Below are positions 13,691 through 27,587 of a DNA stretch of 64,000 nt, piece after piece. Each line of letters starts with the position of its first letter. Within the stretch, counting starts at the first letter, position 1. The DNA is from the human T2T-CHM13v2.0 reference genome, Homo sapiens. The stretch is from NCBI RefSeq assembly GCF_009914755.1, contig NC_060932.1. One strand, 5' to 3'. The translations under genes and the position numbers were made by a program. The notes under the pieces are model-generated. The model did no database searches. It had not been told where the DNA came from and saw only the letters and a program-made list of their open reading frames with translations.

Positions 13691-14344
13691 AAGCTCATGT
13701 GTGCATTTTGATTACTGTAGAAGGAGAAATTTGACAAGAGACATATCAAACCCCAATAGACTGATATTACGGTGACGGAAAAGATCGTAAGAGCATTGGA
13801 TTTTCTTTTCCAAGTTATCATAAAGACAAAAATCTTAAAGGTTTTCTGAAACTTCTTTCTTTGTGGCTATAATAAAAATCAATCAAAGTATTCTACAGAT
13901 CCTTTGTAAACTGCCAGTAGACTGTGTCTACTTGTTTAATATTGCACATATTAATTACATGTAAAGAAGAAGACAAATATACATGATGTGTATTTACCCA
14001 GGCATATTACAGAAGGAAAAGCTTCCATGAGGGAAAGCTTCCTCTGCAGGAGTCTTGACCCCCTGACTATGCTGGACGCCCTCAGCCCCAACCACCATTA
14101 TCAGCCTTTATATTCACCATCTGTGCTTCCTCTGGATCCAGGTGTGGCCATTTCTTTCACTGGGCTCCAGCCTCTGAGCCCGCTCAGTTTCCCATGGTCT
14201 TTACAGGCTTTGCCTCCTGGTCTTAACTGCAGCCATCCCTGGGCCTCATCTTCTCCATATGCTAGGCATGTAGAAAGTATCTGTGCTCACGCACCAAGAC
14301 ACATCGCACGCTTGCAGCATCCTGTAGCTCACCTTTAGCTCTTG

Positions 14345-15221
14345 TTTATTTGTGGATGGACATTGAGGTTTATTCTATATCTTGGCTATTGTGAAAAATG
14401 TTGCAATAAATATGCAGGTGCAAATATCTGATATACTGATTTTCTTTCCTTTGGATAAATATTCATTAGTGGGAATGCTGGATCATATGGTAGTTCTGTT
14501 TTTAGTTGTCTGAGGCACTTCCATACGGTTTCTCATAATAGCTATACTAATTTTTAATCCCATCAACAGTGTGTGAGGGTTCCCTTTTTCTACACCATCC
14601 GTAACACTTGTTATCATTTGTTATTCAATGATCGCCATTCTAACAGGTGTAAGCTGTTATCTCACATGGTTTTAATTTGATTTTCCCTGATGATTAGTGA
14701 CCACCTTTTTATATACCCGTGGTCCATTTGTACATCGTTTTTATTTTTTGGAGAAATGTCTATTTAGATTCTTAGCCCATGTTCTAACTGAGTTATTTAT
14801 TTATTTATTAATACTGAGTTAAGTTTCTTATATATTTTGGATATGAACACCTTATCAAATACATGGTTTGCAAATTTTTTTCCCATTCTGTAGGTTACCT
14901 TTTCATTTTGTTGTTGTTGTTTTCATTGCTGTGCAGAATCTGTTTGGTTTTACCTAGTCTTAGTTGTTTCTTTTTCTTTTTTGCCTGTGCTTTTGGTATT
15001 ACATCCAAAAAATCATTGCCAAGACAAATGGAAAGGATTTTTTTCCCCTCCGATTGTTTTCAGGAGATTTATGGTTTCAGATCTTATATTTAAGTGTTTA
15101 ACCCGTGGTAAATTGAACTTTGACAAGAGGGCCAGGAATGCACAATGAGGAAAGGAAAGTCTCTTCAACACAGGGTGCTGGGAAAACCGGATATTCACAT
15201 GTAAAACAATGGAACTGGATC
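14345..15221 (-). mobile_element. Old L1 (L1MA/MB) ORF2 3' fragment with short inverted 5' piece
   Basis: 14345-~15104 antisense L1; ~15105-15221 sense (TTTGACAAGAGGGCCAGGAATGCACAATG...GGTGCTGGGAAAAC...GAACTGGATC). Confidence 0.85.
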
Positions 15222-16004
15222 ATTGACTCATGCATTTTGAGATGGATGCATTTCTAAATACTTGGATGAATGCATAGTCAACTTTTTAAAATGTTATTTT
15301 ATATCTGTTGGCAACAGTTAATGAAAAAGAACTCCTGAATAAAAACAGTTAGTGAAAGCCAATTACTTTCTTTCCGGTCATCTGTAGAAATCAAAACAAA
15401 CACGAAAATGTGTCCCTGAGTTTCTAGAGTTTAAACCAAATTGGATGTATGTAAAAGGAATTGCTGAAAGTGTTTCATCACAATTTCAAGCAAACCAAAA
15501 AAATTAGTAAAATAAAAATAATAAAGATATGTTGTGGAAGCTATGTGATTACTGTCTCATAGAAAATTGCATAAAGTATTTATTATGTCAGTAGCAAGTT
15601 TTAACATCCCACTTCAAGAAATTTTGTCCTTTGCTACTTTACTGTGATATAATCAGTCATATTATCTTCGTAAATTTCCTTTGCAATCACTAAAATAACA
15701 AAACACATTTCGTCTGAAAATTATTGTATTTTTACCGGTATCGTTTGCTTGTTTGATTTTGGTATATATTTTCCTTGAGGCACAGAATTTAGTGTTTTAC
15801 CAAAAGCCTTTTTTTTTTTCTCTCAAAACCACCCTTAGTAGTGTAAGTTGTATATTATCTCATATCTTGTATATATTACATCAAATTACATTGTGACTCT
15901 ACTTTACTCTTGGAATACATTTTCAGATCTGCAACAAATATGTATACCTACTTCCAAGTAAAACTCAGGTAACTACTTCAAGCAAGTTTTTTCTCCCAAT
16001 ACAG

Positions 16005-16235
16005 ATTTTTAGAGCAAGAAGTCAAGTCTACCTCGAGGGTTCAAACCCAAGGTCTGCACTTCTTTGCTGTGTGTCCTGAAGGAAGTTACTCAGCCTCTGT
16101 GCCCATCAGTGAGAGTATAGATAATAATAGCATATAAGTCATAAGATTTTTGTTGGGATAAAATAAATTAAGGCATGTAAGGCACTAAGAATGGTGCTTG
16201 GGTGGAATGTGAGTTGGATTAATATTTGCTGTTGT
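16005..16235 (+). mobile_element. MIR SINE
   Basis: GGGTTCAAACCCA...TGCTGTGTGTCCT...AAGTTACTCAGCCTCTGTGCC...GATAATAATAG...ATGTAAGGCACT core. Confidence 0.75.
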
Positions 16236-16756
16236 TTTTGCTCTCTTGCCTATAGGTTAATATCCAGAGTCACACGTGGAGAGGAAGCATCACAATGAGA
16301 CCATACAACCATATAATCTGTTCAAGTCCTAGAAGGTGTTGGCAGAGCTGCAGGACTGACCTAGGTCAATGGCTGTGGGGTAAGGAGAGAGGTTTTGTGA
16401 TTGTTTTTAAAAATCCCAGTGGGTATAGCAGGCGCATCCCTGTCTTCCTCAATCGTGGAAGCTAGGGATTTTAATCAGCTTTGGGATAGATTGCCCTTTG
16501 CTATAGTCACATGTCCTCTGCAGTGCTGTGAACACCTCCTATGTGAGGCAATGCATGACCAGCAAGGTTGGGAATCCAGTGATAAGCCTCAGAGTAAATG
16601 CTTCCTATCAAATGTGATAAAGTGATCTTGTAAACTGAACAATTCCTATAGAAAAATGTATGTCACTCAAGACTTATGGGGTTTCTTCAAGGAGATAATC
16701 TCGTTTAAGTTTGAACTCAGGCTATTATGTGCCAGTCTGTAATAGTTAGTTTTGGG

Positions 16757-16998
16757 AAAACTGTATTTATTTTTGTTTGAATATTGGATCCCACTGGAGA
16801 TTAGAAACAGAGATGACAAACACTGTAAGAGATACATAGGTATATAGATAGATCGATCTGATCTCCTCTACTCAGGTCATAGAAAAAACTGTATTTATTT
16901 TTGTTGGAGTATTTGATCCCACTGGAGATTAGAAACAGAGGTGACAAACACTGTAAGATAGATAGATATCTGATGTCTTTCCCCCAGGTCATAGAAAA
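16757..16998. repeat. Tandem duplication, period 128 bp, 2 copies
   Basis: AAAACTGTATTTATTTTTGTT...GATCCCACTGGAGATTAGAAACAGAG...CAGGTCATAGAAAA at 16757 and 16885. Confidence 0.95.
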
Positions 16999-17471
16999 AA
17001 AAACCCAAAAGATCTTAAAGTAGTTTAATGCAGGCCACCCTAGACTACTCTTGCAGTAGAATCACATGGAACTAAATCACTCAACCCCAGGAAGTGCTCC
17101 ATTGTTTAGGACTGAGGTCTGATGTCTTTGGGAGGTCAAAGGGTGTATATTGGTGTCACCATGTGTGGGGTAGCTTGGGGGTGGCCCTGAAGGAAATTGT
17201 TTGTATTGTCACTTTCTGAGGGAGGCCAATCCTGAGGCAAGAAAAAAAAGGAATTGAGAGTGGGAGTTATATAGAGATATGGAAAAACCTTTCCCCTTAT
17301 TCAGAAGCCTTATGGTATTTTATTCTAGAATCTGCCAATTAGAGAACCTCAACCTATGGCTAATAATGGGCATCTGCTTGGCCTTAGCCAGGGTACTAGG
17401 CTTGGAGCCAGGCTCGCATGTGGCTGAAAAAAGACTCAGAGGATGCCTTGAGCATTAGCCCTGAGTTCAGC

Positions 17472-18928
17472 CTTTTACAGTTTCCAGTCTAAGGTTCAAG
17501 TCTCTAATATGTTTTGGTTGATTTTTTATGTGATGTGAGGTAAGGGTCCAATTTCATTCTTCTGCATGTGGCTATCCAGTTTCCCCAGCAGCATTTACTG
17601 GAGAGACTATTCTTTCCACATTGTGTTTTATTAATGCCCTTGTTTAAAATTAGTTGATAATAGATGCATGGGTTTATTTCTGGGCTATTTTGTTTCATTG
17701 GACTGTGTATCTGTTTTATGCCCATATCATGCTGTTTTGATTACTACAGCTTTGCAATGTAATTTGAAACCAGGGAATGTAATTCTTTCAGCTTTGTTCG
17801 TCTTGTGCAAGATTGCTTTAGGTATTCGGGATATTCTGTGAGTCCATATGAATTTAAGGATTTTTTTTTCTATTTCTGTAAAAAATGCCATTGGAGTTTT
17901 GAAATGGATTGCACTGAATCTGTAGATCACATTCGGTAGTATGAATATTTTGACAATATTTATTCTTCTGGTTTTTTAACATTGTTCTGGTTTTCATTTT
18001 TTGTCTATTTTAATTCTTTACATCAGTATTTTATAGATTTCAATGTACAGATCTTTCACATCTGTGGATAAATTTATTCCTAAGTAAATTTTTACTACCA
18101 TAAATGAATTTTTTCTTAATTTCTACATTAAGAAAAAAGAAAGATCTCAAATAATCCAATTTGACAACTCTTGGAACTAGAAAATGAAGAACAAAGTAAG
18201 CCCAAAGTTGGTAGAAGGAAAGAAATAATAAAGATTGGAGCAAAAACAGATTGAGAAGAAAGGCAATAGAAAAGATCAATGAAGCTGAGAGTGTTTTTTG
18301 TTAAAAGATAAACAAAACTGACAAATCTTTAGCTAGACTAGCTAAGACAGAGAAAAGACTCAAATAAAATTACAAATTAATGTGGAGTCATTCCAACTGA
18401 CACCACAGAAATACAAGGGTTCATTCAAGACTGCTATGAGCAATTATACACCAATGATTGGAAAACCTAGAAGAAACTGATAAATTCCTAGAAACATACA
18501 ATCTTCGAGACCAAATTATCAAGAAATAAAAAAAACCTGAACAACCAATAACGAGAATATTGAATTAGTAATAATTTTTAAACCCTTTCAACAAAGAAAA
18601 GTTTACGATGAGATTGTTTCATGGTGAATTCTACCAATTAATGCCGATTATCCTCAAACTCTTCCAAAAACTGACGAAAAGGAAGTACATTCAAACTCAT
18701 TTTCGAGGCCACATTACCCTGATGTAAAAGCCAGACAAGGACACTGACACTATCAGAAAAGAAAACTACAGACCAATATTCTTGATGAACATAGATGGAA
18801 AACTCTTCCACAAAATACTAGCAAATGATTTTCAACAGCATATTAAAAGTATCATTGACCATGATCAAGTATTACGTTGATGAAATTATTTTTGCACCAA
18901 CCTAACAGAATTTATTCCAGGGATGCAA
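17472..18928 (-). mobile_element. Old L1 (L1MA/MB) ORF2 fragment with inversion
   Basis: 17472-~18122 antisense (ORF track MIYRFSAI...[17 protein letters not shown]); ~18123-18928 sense upstream ORF2 (…AAAGAAAACTACAGACCAATAT…CCATGATCAAGT…CCAGGGATGCAA). Confidence 0.88.
18872..18905. mobile_element. Internally deleted MADE1 (Hsmar1-derived MITE)
   Basis: TA|TTACGTTGATGAAA-TTATTTTTGCACCAACCTAA matches both MADE1 TIR ends; interrupts L1 ORF2 sequence. Confidence 0.75.
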
Positions 18929-20801
18929 AAATTATTACTTTATTATTGATATAATTCCACACACTGTTTTTATGTTTGTACAAAGAGGAATCTTGATAGC
19001 AAGAAAATAGTATGTGTGTTAGAACTGTAACAACTCTGTTACCAAAATTCTGTGGTTGAGATTCAATGAAAATAAATAAATATATATATGTGTGTGTATA
19101 TATGCATTTTGAGAGAAAGAGACAGAGAGAGAGATCTTAGAATTTTAAGCTATTACTCTGGGTAATTAATGTTTCAGACTTCTTCCTACACTGCAAATAA
19201 CATTACTGAAATAAAAACAATAAGAGTAATTTGAATACTTTATATTTTCTTTTTAAAACTTTTCCTTTGTTCTCTCCTTGCATAAGTTCAAAACCTCTTA
19301 GTACTTTATCATCACTCATTATTATTTTGTCTGAACTCAGTCTGACAATATATCTATTCATTTATTCAAACAATATCTTCAATTACGTTTTGATTCATGA
19401 CAAGTAAAATACAATCATATACCAAGCGCCATGTTTTATGATGGAGTCTCCTGACTCAGCAAAGCCTCCCTACTTTATGTAAGGAGGACGAAAATGCATG
19501 CGCATAACTGTCTGAGGGATAGGATGGGACCCGGCCCTCTGGGAGCCAAGATGGGCCTTCCTGACAGCAGGAAATTACTCTCAGCTATGGGGAGACTGAG
19601 ACTGGCCACCAAGGGGAAGATGCTTAACAATTGGAAATATGCAGACCTGGCAGTAAAACTAAATCAGAACAGAGGAATGATCAGAAATAATGAAGAGATG
19701 ATATGAAGAGTACACTTAGGAATAAGAACAGAAGTTGTTGTTTTTCTCTAATTGAACAATAATTGAATTAGGCATGTGTGAGTGTGAAGCATATTCAGTT
19801 CATTGACTTATTAGGGCACATTTTCTGAGGCTGTTTTCTGAAAAGATGGAAATATCAAATATTCTCATGGTTTTTATTTTCGCATTTGTTTCCAACTGGT
19901 TCAATGACAGCAAGTAAGACAGTGTTACTCGTAAAAACGGAAACGGTTGGCAATATTCCTGCAGCTGTTTAAAGAAAAATTTAGTGCAGGACAGTTATCA
20001 AATAATTCACTATTTCATTTCTTACGTAAGTTCTTTTCAGTGTCTGCTAACAGATTTAACTGCCTGCCACCTGAGCACTGGAGCCACCACAGTACTCAAT
20101 CAAGACAGGTATGAAAGAGTTTAATCTATGAAAAACTGCCAGTCTCTATTTTTTCCTTTAATTTCTAAGGATATTTCAACAGCTTCAGGTAAAGGTGAGA
20201 TTTAATGGTTACATATTTGACTTCAAACTCATGCCTAGGAGCTAAATGTAGGTGTTAAAATCACAAGAAGTATATAGAAGAGTCATCTATGAGGGTTTTT
20301 TTTCTACTCAGTGCACTAAATGATCAAGTTATTTACTGTTCTGTTACTGGCATTTCTAAAACCATCCCCACCAGACCTCTGACTCACTATTCCTTTGCAC
20401 TGAAGTTTTCATTTTAGAGTTCTTTTATTAAAAAAGAAAAGATATCTCACCTCAATATTGCTATGATTATGCTCCTATAAGACAGTGGAAATTACCTAGT
20501 AATTGCTCAAGAGGATTTTATATGGATCACAAGAGAGTGGTTCTGTTCGGTGCTAATCAAGGCAAGGATGTTTACTGAACTCTTCTATGAGTAAGCCACA
20601 ACAGCTGGGGAGCTACAGAGGAAACTGAGAGGCACATGACATAGCATTTGACCTCAAAAAGCTCCAAAAATTTAGCAGCAATAAGCCCCAAATGCATCCA
20701 TCTGGGCTGAGCCCTCCTGCAACTACCAACCAGCCTCCCTCCACTGTGGTCCCATTCTGCCTGGGCACAGGGTCAGGTGTTCATTTATCTCTATTCCTGT
20801 C

Positions 20802-21163
20802 TGTATTCATCCATTTTCATACTGCTATGAAGAAATACCCAGGACTGGTATTTCTGGTAAAGAAAGAGAGGTCTAATGGACTCACAGTTCCACATGGCTG
20901 GGGAGGCCTCATGCTTATGGCGGAAGAGGATGGAGGAGCAAAGCCACATCTTATGTGGTGGCAGGCAAGAGAGTTTGTGCAGGGGAACTGCCCTTTATAA
21001 AACCATCAGATCTCATGAGACTTATTCAAGGTCAAGAGAACGGCATGGGAAAACCCACTCATGATTCAGTTACCCCCAACTGGGTCCCTCCCACAACAGG
21101 TGGGGATTATAGGAGCTACAGTTCAAGATGAGATTTGGGTGGGGACACAGCCAAACCATATCA
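20802..21163 (-). mobile_element. THE1 (MaLR) solo LTR
   Basis: TGTATT...GGACTCACAGTTCCACATGGCTGGGGAGGCCTCA...GGGGACACAGCCAAACCATATCA. Confidence 0.95.
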
Positions 21164-21339
21164 TTCTGTTAGTTCCAAAGTCTGTATCAACTTTAGATTA
21201 CGAAATCTTTAATGCTCAAGACTGGACTCTGTTCATCATCTTTGAACGTCCAAGTCCTACAACAAACTTAAGAATTAAACCAAACAGCTTAGAAGCACTG
21301 CCACAAACATGAAAACATGCAGCCATGAACCTCACCCCT

Positions 21340-22160
21340 CATCTCTGTTCCTCCTCTGGGTTCTTCCTTCTCAGGTATCAGCACCTCTGTTCACATTAGC
21401 ATCTCCACATCCTCTTTGGACTTTGCCTTCTCACACTCTCCATTTCAGATCCATTGCGGTCTTGCTCCTCCCTCCCATGCTGTTTTCAAGTTCCTCCCTT
21501 GGCTCCCTCCCCACTTCTGGCCATACCACCCCTGGGAGAATTCACACCACCCTACTGGGGCCATGTGTGAGTGTTCCCCTCTCCACCAGCTGCCGGAACA
21601 TCCTTGTTGTAGGAGTAATTCTTCACAACACAAATTGGGTAACATTACAGCTCTGCTCAAAGCTGGCAATGGTGCATTTCACTTTAAAGAATCACAAGCC
21701 CCATCACATGCCTGTATCGTGGGGCATCACCCAGCCCCACACCCAGCCACGTCTCTGAAAACAGATTGCGTCATTCTTTTCCATGCCTGCTGCGCTCCGC
21801 GAAACCACCTTGGGCCATTTGCACAGCCCATGTCCACTACCCAGAAGGCTCATCCCCAAGAATGCTCCAGTGAACTCTTACCCATCCTGCATGCCTCCAT
21901 CCAAACGCCCTTCCTCAGGGGTCTTTTCCTACTCCCCCATCTAAACTGTGCCATTTCTTCTGGTGTATTCTGTGTCTTCACATCCTGTTCTTTCTTTTGT
22001 AGAAATGATGACAATTTTTAAGTCTGTATGTATTCCTGTTCCCTCAAAATCAATGTTTTGCTGAGGCTGTTTCTGTTGCCCATCCCTCTAACTTGAGGGC
22101 ACCAACACACCTGGCACACTGGAGATGCCCAGGACATGCTGCCAAATGGGAGAATCAATA
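21340..22160 (+). mobile_element. L2 3' fragment
   Basis: Pyrimidine-rich diverged L2 body ending in CACACCTGGCACA...GAATCAATAAAA. Confidence 0.5.
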
Positions 22161-22252
22161 AAACAGCAGCCAAGGAAGTGGAAATGGGAGGAAGAGTTCA
22201 AATGAAGATGCCTATCCTTGAATGAACTTTCATTTGAAGGGACATGGACAGC

Positions 22253-22614
22253 TATATTACTATATTAGTCGATTTTCATGCTGCTGATAAAGACTTACCT
22301 GAGACTGGGAAGAAAAAGAGGTTGAATTCGACTTACAGTTCTACATGGCTGGGAGGCCTCAGAATCATGGTGGGAGGCAAAAGACACTTCCTACATGGCG
22401 GCGGCAAGAGAAAATGAGGAAAAAGCAAAAGCGGAAACCCCTTATTAAACCATCAGATCTCATGAGACTTATTCACTACCTTGAGAACAGTATGGAGGAA
22501 ACTGTCCCCATAATTTAAATTACCTCCTATTGGGTCCCTCCCACATCATGTGGGAATTATGGGAGTACAATTCAAGATGAGATTTGGGTGGGGACACAGA
22601 CCCAAACCATATCA
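22253..22614 (-). mobile_element. THE1 (C/D-like) solo LTR
   Basis: TATATTAGTC...CATGCTGCTGATAAAGAC...GAGACTGGGAAGAAAAAGAGG...AAACCATATCA; TSD ACAGC/GCAGC. Confidence 0.95.
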
Positions 22615-23757
22615 GCAGCTGACAGCTTCTCAAGCAAAAGATAAGCAAAATCTGGTGCTGATTTGCAGTGACTCATCTGGTCTGGTTAATGAGTGCAGAG
22701 CCCACTCTATTTCTGACTCTCATCCATGAGTACAAAGAGGGCAGCAGGGATCCAACTAGTAACAGTGAACACAGCCATGGGAGCGTAACCCTCCCCACCA
22801 ATGCCTTCCTGGTCTGCCATTCACCACCATGCGGTGCCCTCGCAGCCTCCAGCCATCTCCTGAAAGGGTGGAGTTTGTCAGAAAGCACCCGGGTGAGGGG
22901 CACGGGTCACGACAAACTCTAGGTGCCTGCTCCCAGCATCCTGAGATCTCCCTTGAGAACTGACAAAGTCAACGTTTGGTTAATTTATATCTGATATGGA
23001 AATTCACACAACTGAACGATGGGGTGAGCTCAGTTGGCTTCTGGAAGCTGCGAGAACATCCCATAGAGAGCATCTTGGGGATAAATGGATTCAGGCAGCG
23101 TGAACATCGGCCCCGACATCCCCACAGAGACACTTGCAGAAGGGCCTTTGCTGAAAAACGTTACGTCAGTAATTTCAAGGACTGGCTAGCTAATGATTAG
23201 CAAACAAATCCTGATCTAAGTGTTTACTAAATGAAGGGGTTGATAATATCCGCCATCGATTGTCTTGAAGAGTCCGTGAAAAAGTGGATCCCAATTCAGC
23301 TAATATGAAAAATTAGAAAGGAAACATCTGGAGGATCAACCGGAGGCTTGCTGGAGGAGCAACCCTCCCTCAGGGCCTAGGCAGGCAAGGGAGGGTAGGA
23401 GACACGGGACGGAGCAGCGTGGGAGATGAGGGCTTCCCGTAGGAGATGCTGCAGTTGCCCTGAGGCCGATCTCATTCATATCCCGAACTCTGAAAAGCAA
23501 ACGAGGTCTCTGAATGCTTGGCACGTGCCAAACTGGGCTCCAGCGTTTGCTGTTCATCCGGCGCACAAACAGCGTTCCACGAATGTGCACAGAAGCACGG
23601 TTCCTGGGCCCTAAATTTGTCAAGGCTCTGACGGCTGCTACTAGCGTGGTCCCTGAGAGCATCTTAACATGGGAACGCCTCTATCAGGTGTTTTCCCAGG
23701 CACAAAGGTAAACACAAAGTCAGGTAATTACTGCACGTTTATATCACACCAGCACAT

Positions 23758-24263
<506 letters not shown>

Positions 24264-25158
24264 TCACACACACCATGAAGCTCCCATGAAAGCACAAAAG
24301 AAGTGTCTAACCTGACCGGAGGAGTTCAAGAGACAGAGCGAAGACCAGCAGCTCCTCCTCCAGCTTCCAACGCAGAGCGCAGTCGGCGAGACTGCAGCTC
24401 ATTGCCGCTCAGGGACCCCTGGAAGGCGGCCTCTCTCCACCAGCTTCACCTTCACCGCAGCTGCGGAAGCTCATGCTCCCCTCTGCAGCCTGCGGCTTTG
24501 ATTCCTGGAACGCAGTACCGCAGACGCCACAGGCATTTTTATGGGGAAACCGCTCTTTCTGTCCTTGCCTGCACTCCCAGGCCCTCTCCTACCTCCTGTT
24601 GGGAAAGATTCGGTGACTGAAACCTTTTGCTTTTCATGTTTTCTCTGTTGGAAATAAATGCAGATGCTTTTGTACACGGATTTTATAATAAAGTCGTTAA
24701 GATCTTGAAAATGTAGTGTTAAGATCAAACTCTTTTTCAATTATTGTTTAATACTTTACTTGCCAGGTCACACTATCACATGGGAATAGAAGTCATTAAG
24801 AGGCACATGAAAACCTTGCCATGAAAAGTGTATTAGGAAAGAAAAGACTCTCAAAGTGAGAGGAGTCGATCTGTGCTCCTCATTCTTTCATACATTAAGT
24901 TGCTAATAAAAAACGGTTGTATCAGTGTTGGGTGTTATTCATCTCTATGATTAACTATGATTAAATATAAGTATAGGACTTAAGTTTCTATTTTTCTACT
25001 ATTAATTCCCAAAACTAAAAAGCTACATTTCTAAGGGTAAAATTCAAAAATAATCAAAGTAATGATAACAATTGAGGATTTTCTCAAAGTCACATATATT
25101 AGCCATTCATTAAAATTTTATTTTTTGCTAAGAGAATATGACTTTGGGAGACTGAGTT

Positions 25159-25640
25159 TGTAAATGATCAATTACCACGCCACATATAAAAGCAGAACTC
25201 TGACCCACGATTTGCCGCGAGCAGCCCCGGGAGCCAGCGCTTGTCTGCAGGAGCCAGTTCGGAAGCCACCTGCTGCAAGTCAGAGTCCAGAAAGGAAGGC
25301 CGGGGTGTCAAGCAACGGCCCAGAAGGCCAAACAGTTCACCCTGAGGCAATCAGTGCCAAAGGGCCAGGATGTAATTAATGACTGACAGATTCTGTAACG
25401 TTGTCCCCAATTCCAACCTAGGACCAGGTGGAGAAAGCCAAGTGTTCCCCTAGTCAATTCCATGAGATGTCCCCACTACCACCACAGCCTCCGCCGGGGC
25501 TCCCCGAGCCGCTCTCCCCGCTCCCTGCCTCCTGAGTCTCTGCCAAGCCCAAAGTGTGGTGGTGGCTCCATCTGTCTAGCAAGCTCTGAATAAATAGCTC
25601 TTGCCTGTTCTCATTTGGTTGGTCTCTGTTCATTCTCACA
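25159..25640 (+). mobile_element. ERV-type solo LTR (family uncertain)
   Basis: TG...CA ends, ~480 bp, AATAAA at ~25589 near the 3' end; GCAAGCTCTGAATAAATAGC...TGTTCTCATTTGGTTGGTCT is a recurring human LTR motif; no clear TSD. Confidence 0.6.
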
Positions 25641-26984
25641 ACTGGAGTGGTCACATTATGCCTCCTTCCTTCATATTAACATCTCCAAAAGGATGTTTTT
25701 AACACTCCTAGATGCAGAACTCCATATTGCTTCAAATCCCCTTGTTCCCTTTTCATAGAATACGAATGGTGTGGGACATGCGGAGGTTGGAATGTGCACC
25801 TTACAGGAGAAAGGCCCCTGCTGAGTTTCCTCGTTTATTAGCAGGAGAGTCTGGCAGATGCTCCTAGGTATGTGACGAAGTGGACGTTCACCATGAGTCA
25901 CTAAGCTAAATTTCTAATTGAAGGCTAAGAGTTGGGCTTTTAGAGTCACTGGGAGTGACCTCCGTCGGGCACATCAATCACTTTGGAGACGTCGCATGGG
26001 AAGCTGGCTGTGATCCTGAATGTTTCTGCAGAGGGAGGTGGATGGACTTTTCGTGTGTTGAGAGTTTCATAGAAAAAGGAGCCCTGCCTCATGGGCACTG
26101 ATGCCTGTTCCAGGGAGAATACTTAGTGGGGGAACTGCTAACTGGACAGAGCTAGACTGTCCCGGCTCAGCACTGTTGGTCTAGGAAATTAAAGAGCTAA
26201 TCAAAGACATCTGTGCATTTTGGATCCCAAGTGGGGTGTGCCTTTGGCCAAGCCTACCAAGAAGAAAGGGACCATCGCATCTCCAGAGCTGTGTTAGCCC
26301 ATTAAGCACCTGCAAAGCCTGGAGCAAAATTCTCCATTAAACACCGACACCTGGTGGCGAAGCCAGGAACAGCACCAGCAGATTGACAGCCCAGTTCTTG
26401 ACAGGTTTGTAATAGAAGGACCTTGCTCTGGGGACAATTTGAGGGGGCGATCCTGGATATGCTCATAATTAACTACAAAAGTTAAAAGATATATTCATAT
26501 TCCATAATCAGTTTGGGGAACAGTCTATCCCATTTGCACGCAAATTCTCTTTTGAGCAGTATTTTGCCAACTAATTACTAGCCTTTGAGAATTTCTGCAT
26601 AGGCTACTCTAACTACACATACGATTTGACAACAAGTTAGTGAGCTTCAAAAGCAAAACAAAAGACATCCAATTAAATGGATTTATCAATAAAACCAGAA
26701 AGAAATATTTTAAATATAGTTCCTCCTCAAATTCGATTACAGCATTTATTTTGAGTCCAGTAATAACAATCACTTAGACAGCAGCTGAATTAACATGGCA
26801 TTATCTGTAAAAGCAAAGTGAGTCCTAAGCAAATGAATAAGCTCTCACAAGGAAAATGTTCCAAGTACCTAGGATGAATGTTTGAAAGCATTCTTAGGTT
26901 TGGTCATTTTCACATAAATCCTGTGCAAGTTTTTTTTTTGTTTGTTTTTAATGCAGTCAGTGAACTAAAAGACGCTTGCATTTC

Positions 26985-27500
26985 TGTTAATTCTTGATAT
27001 TATGAGACAAAAATTTAAAATTTATCTGGAAGAATGAAATATTTAAAAGTTAAGAAAATTTTAGAAGAATCTTTTAAACAATAGGATACCAGATAAATTA
27101 CAAACTATGTACTAGGATAAAACTAGGATTTAAACATTAATAACACAGCCCTAAGTTTTATGGTGTTTGAAGGCTATTGGAAAACATAAATAAGCAATTC
27201 GCTAGTGGATATTAAAACATTGAAAAAGGTACAACTTTCTAAAAAGTGTGGCACAGGTAACTTTGGTTAAAAAAAAACAGCAGACTTCAGAAACATATCC
27301 TACAATGTTATAGTTTAATATCTATCAAATGTTGGCATCTCTACTCAGTGAGACAAAATAATTCACCTGAGAAGTAGTGTTAGAGCAATTGGCTACACAT
27401 GGTGGGAGAGAGGCTGGCAACCAGCGGCAGGCTTTATCTCCTGATGATCCCAGCTCTCTATGCATATTGATTACAGAGTTAAATGTTAGAAGTCAACCGT
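26985..27500 (+). mobile_element. Ancient L1M ORF2 fragment
   Basis: AAAATTTATCTGGAAGAA...AAAGTGTGGCA...GTAGTGTTAGAGCAATTGGCTA. Confidence 0.5.
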
Positions 27501-27587
27501 CAGGTTAATACATGTTTTAAAATTAACCTTTAGAAGGTAACGACTTTCCATCTTAAAGGGCAGTAGAAGAAATCCTTGGGAAAAGCA

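Noticed and set aside
21309-22021. Overlapping 149-aa and 201-aa ORFs
   Set aside because: They lie in a pyrimidine-rich, L2-like relic with no recognisable domain; stop-poor composition explains the length
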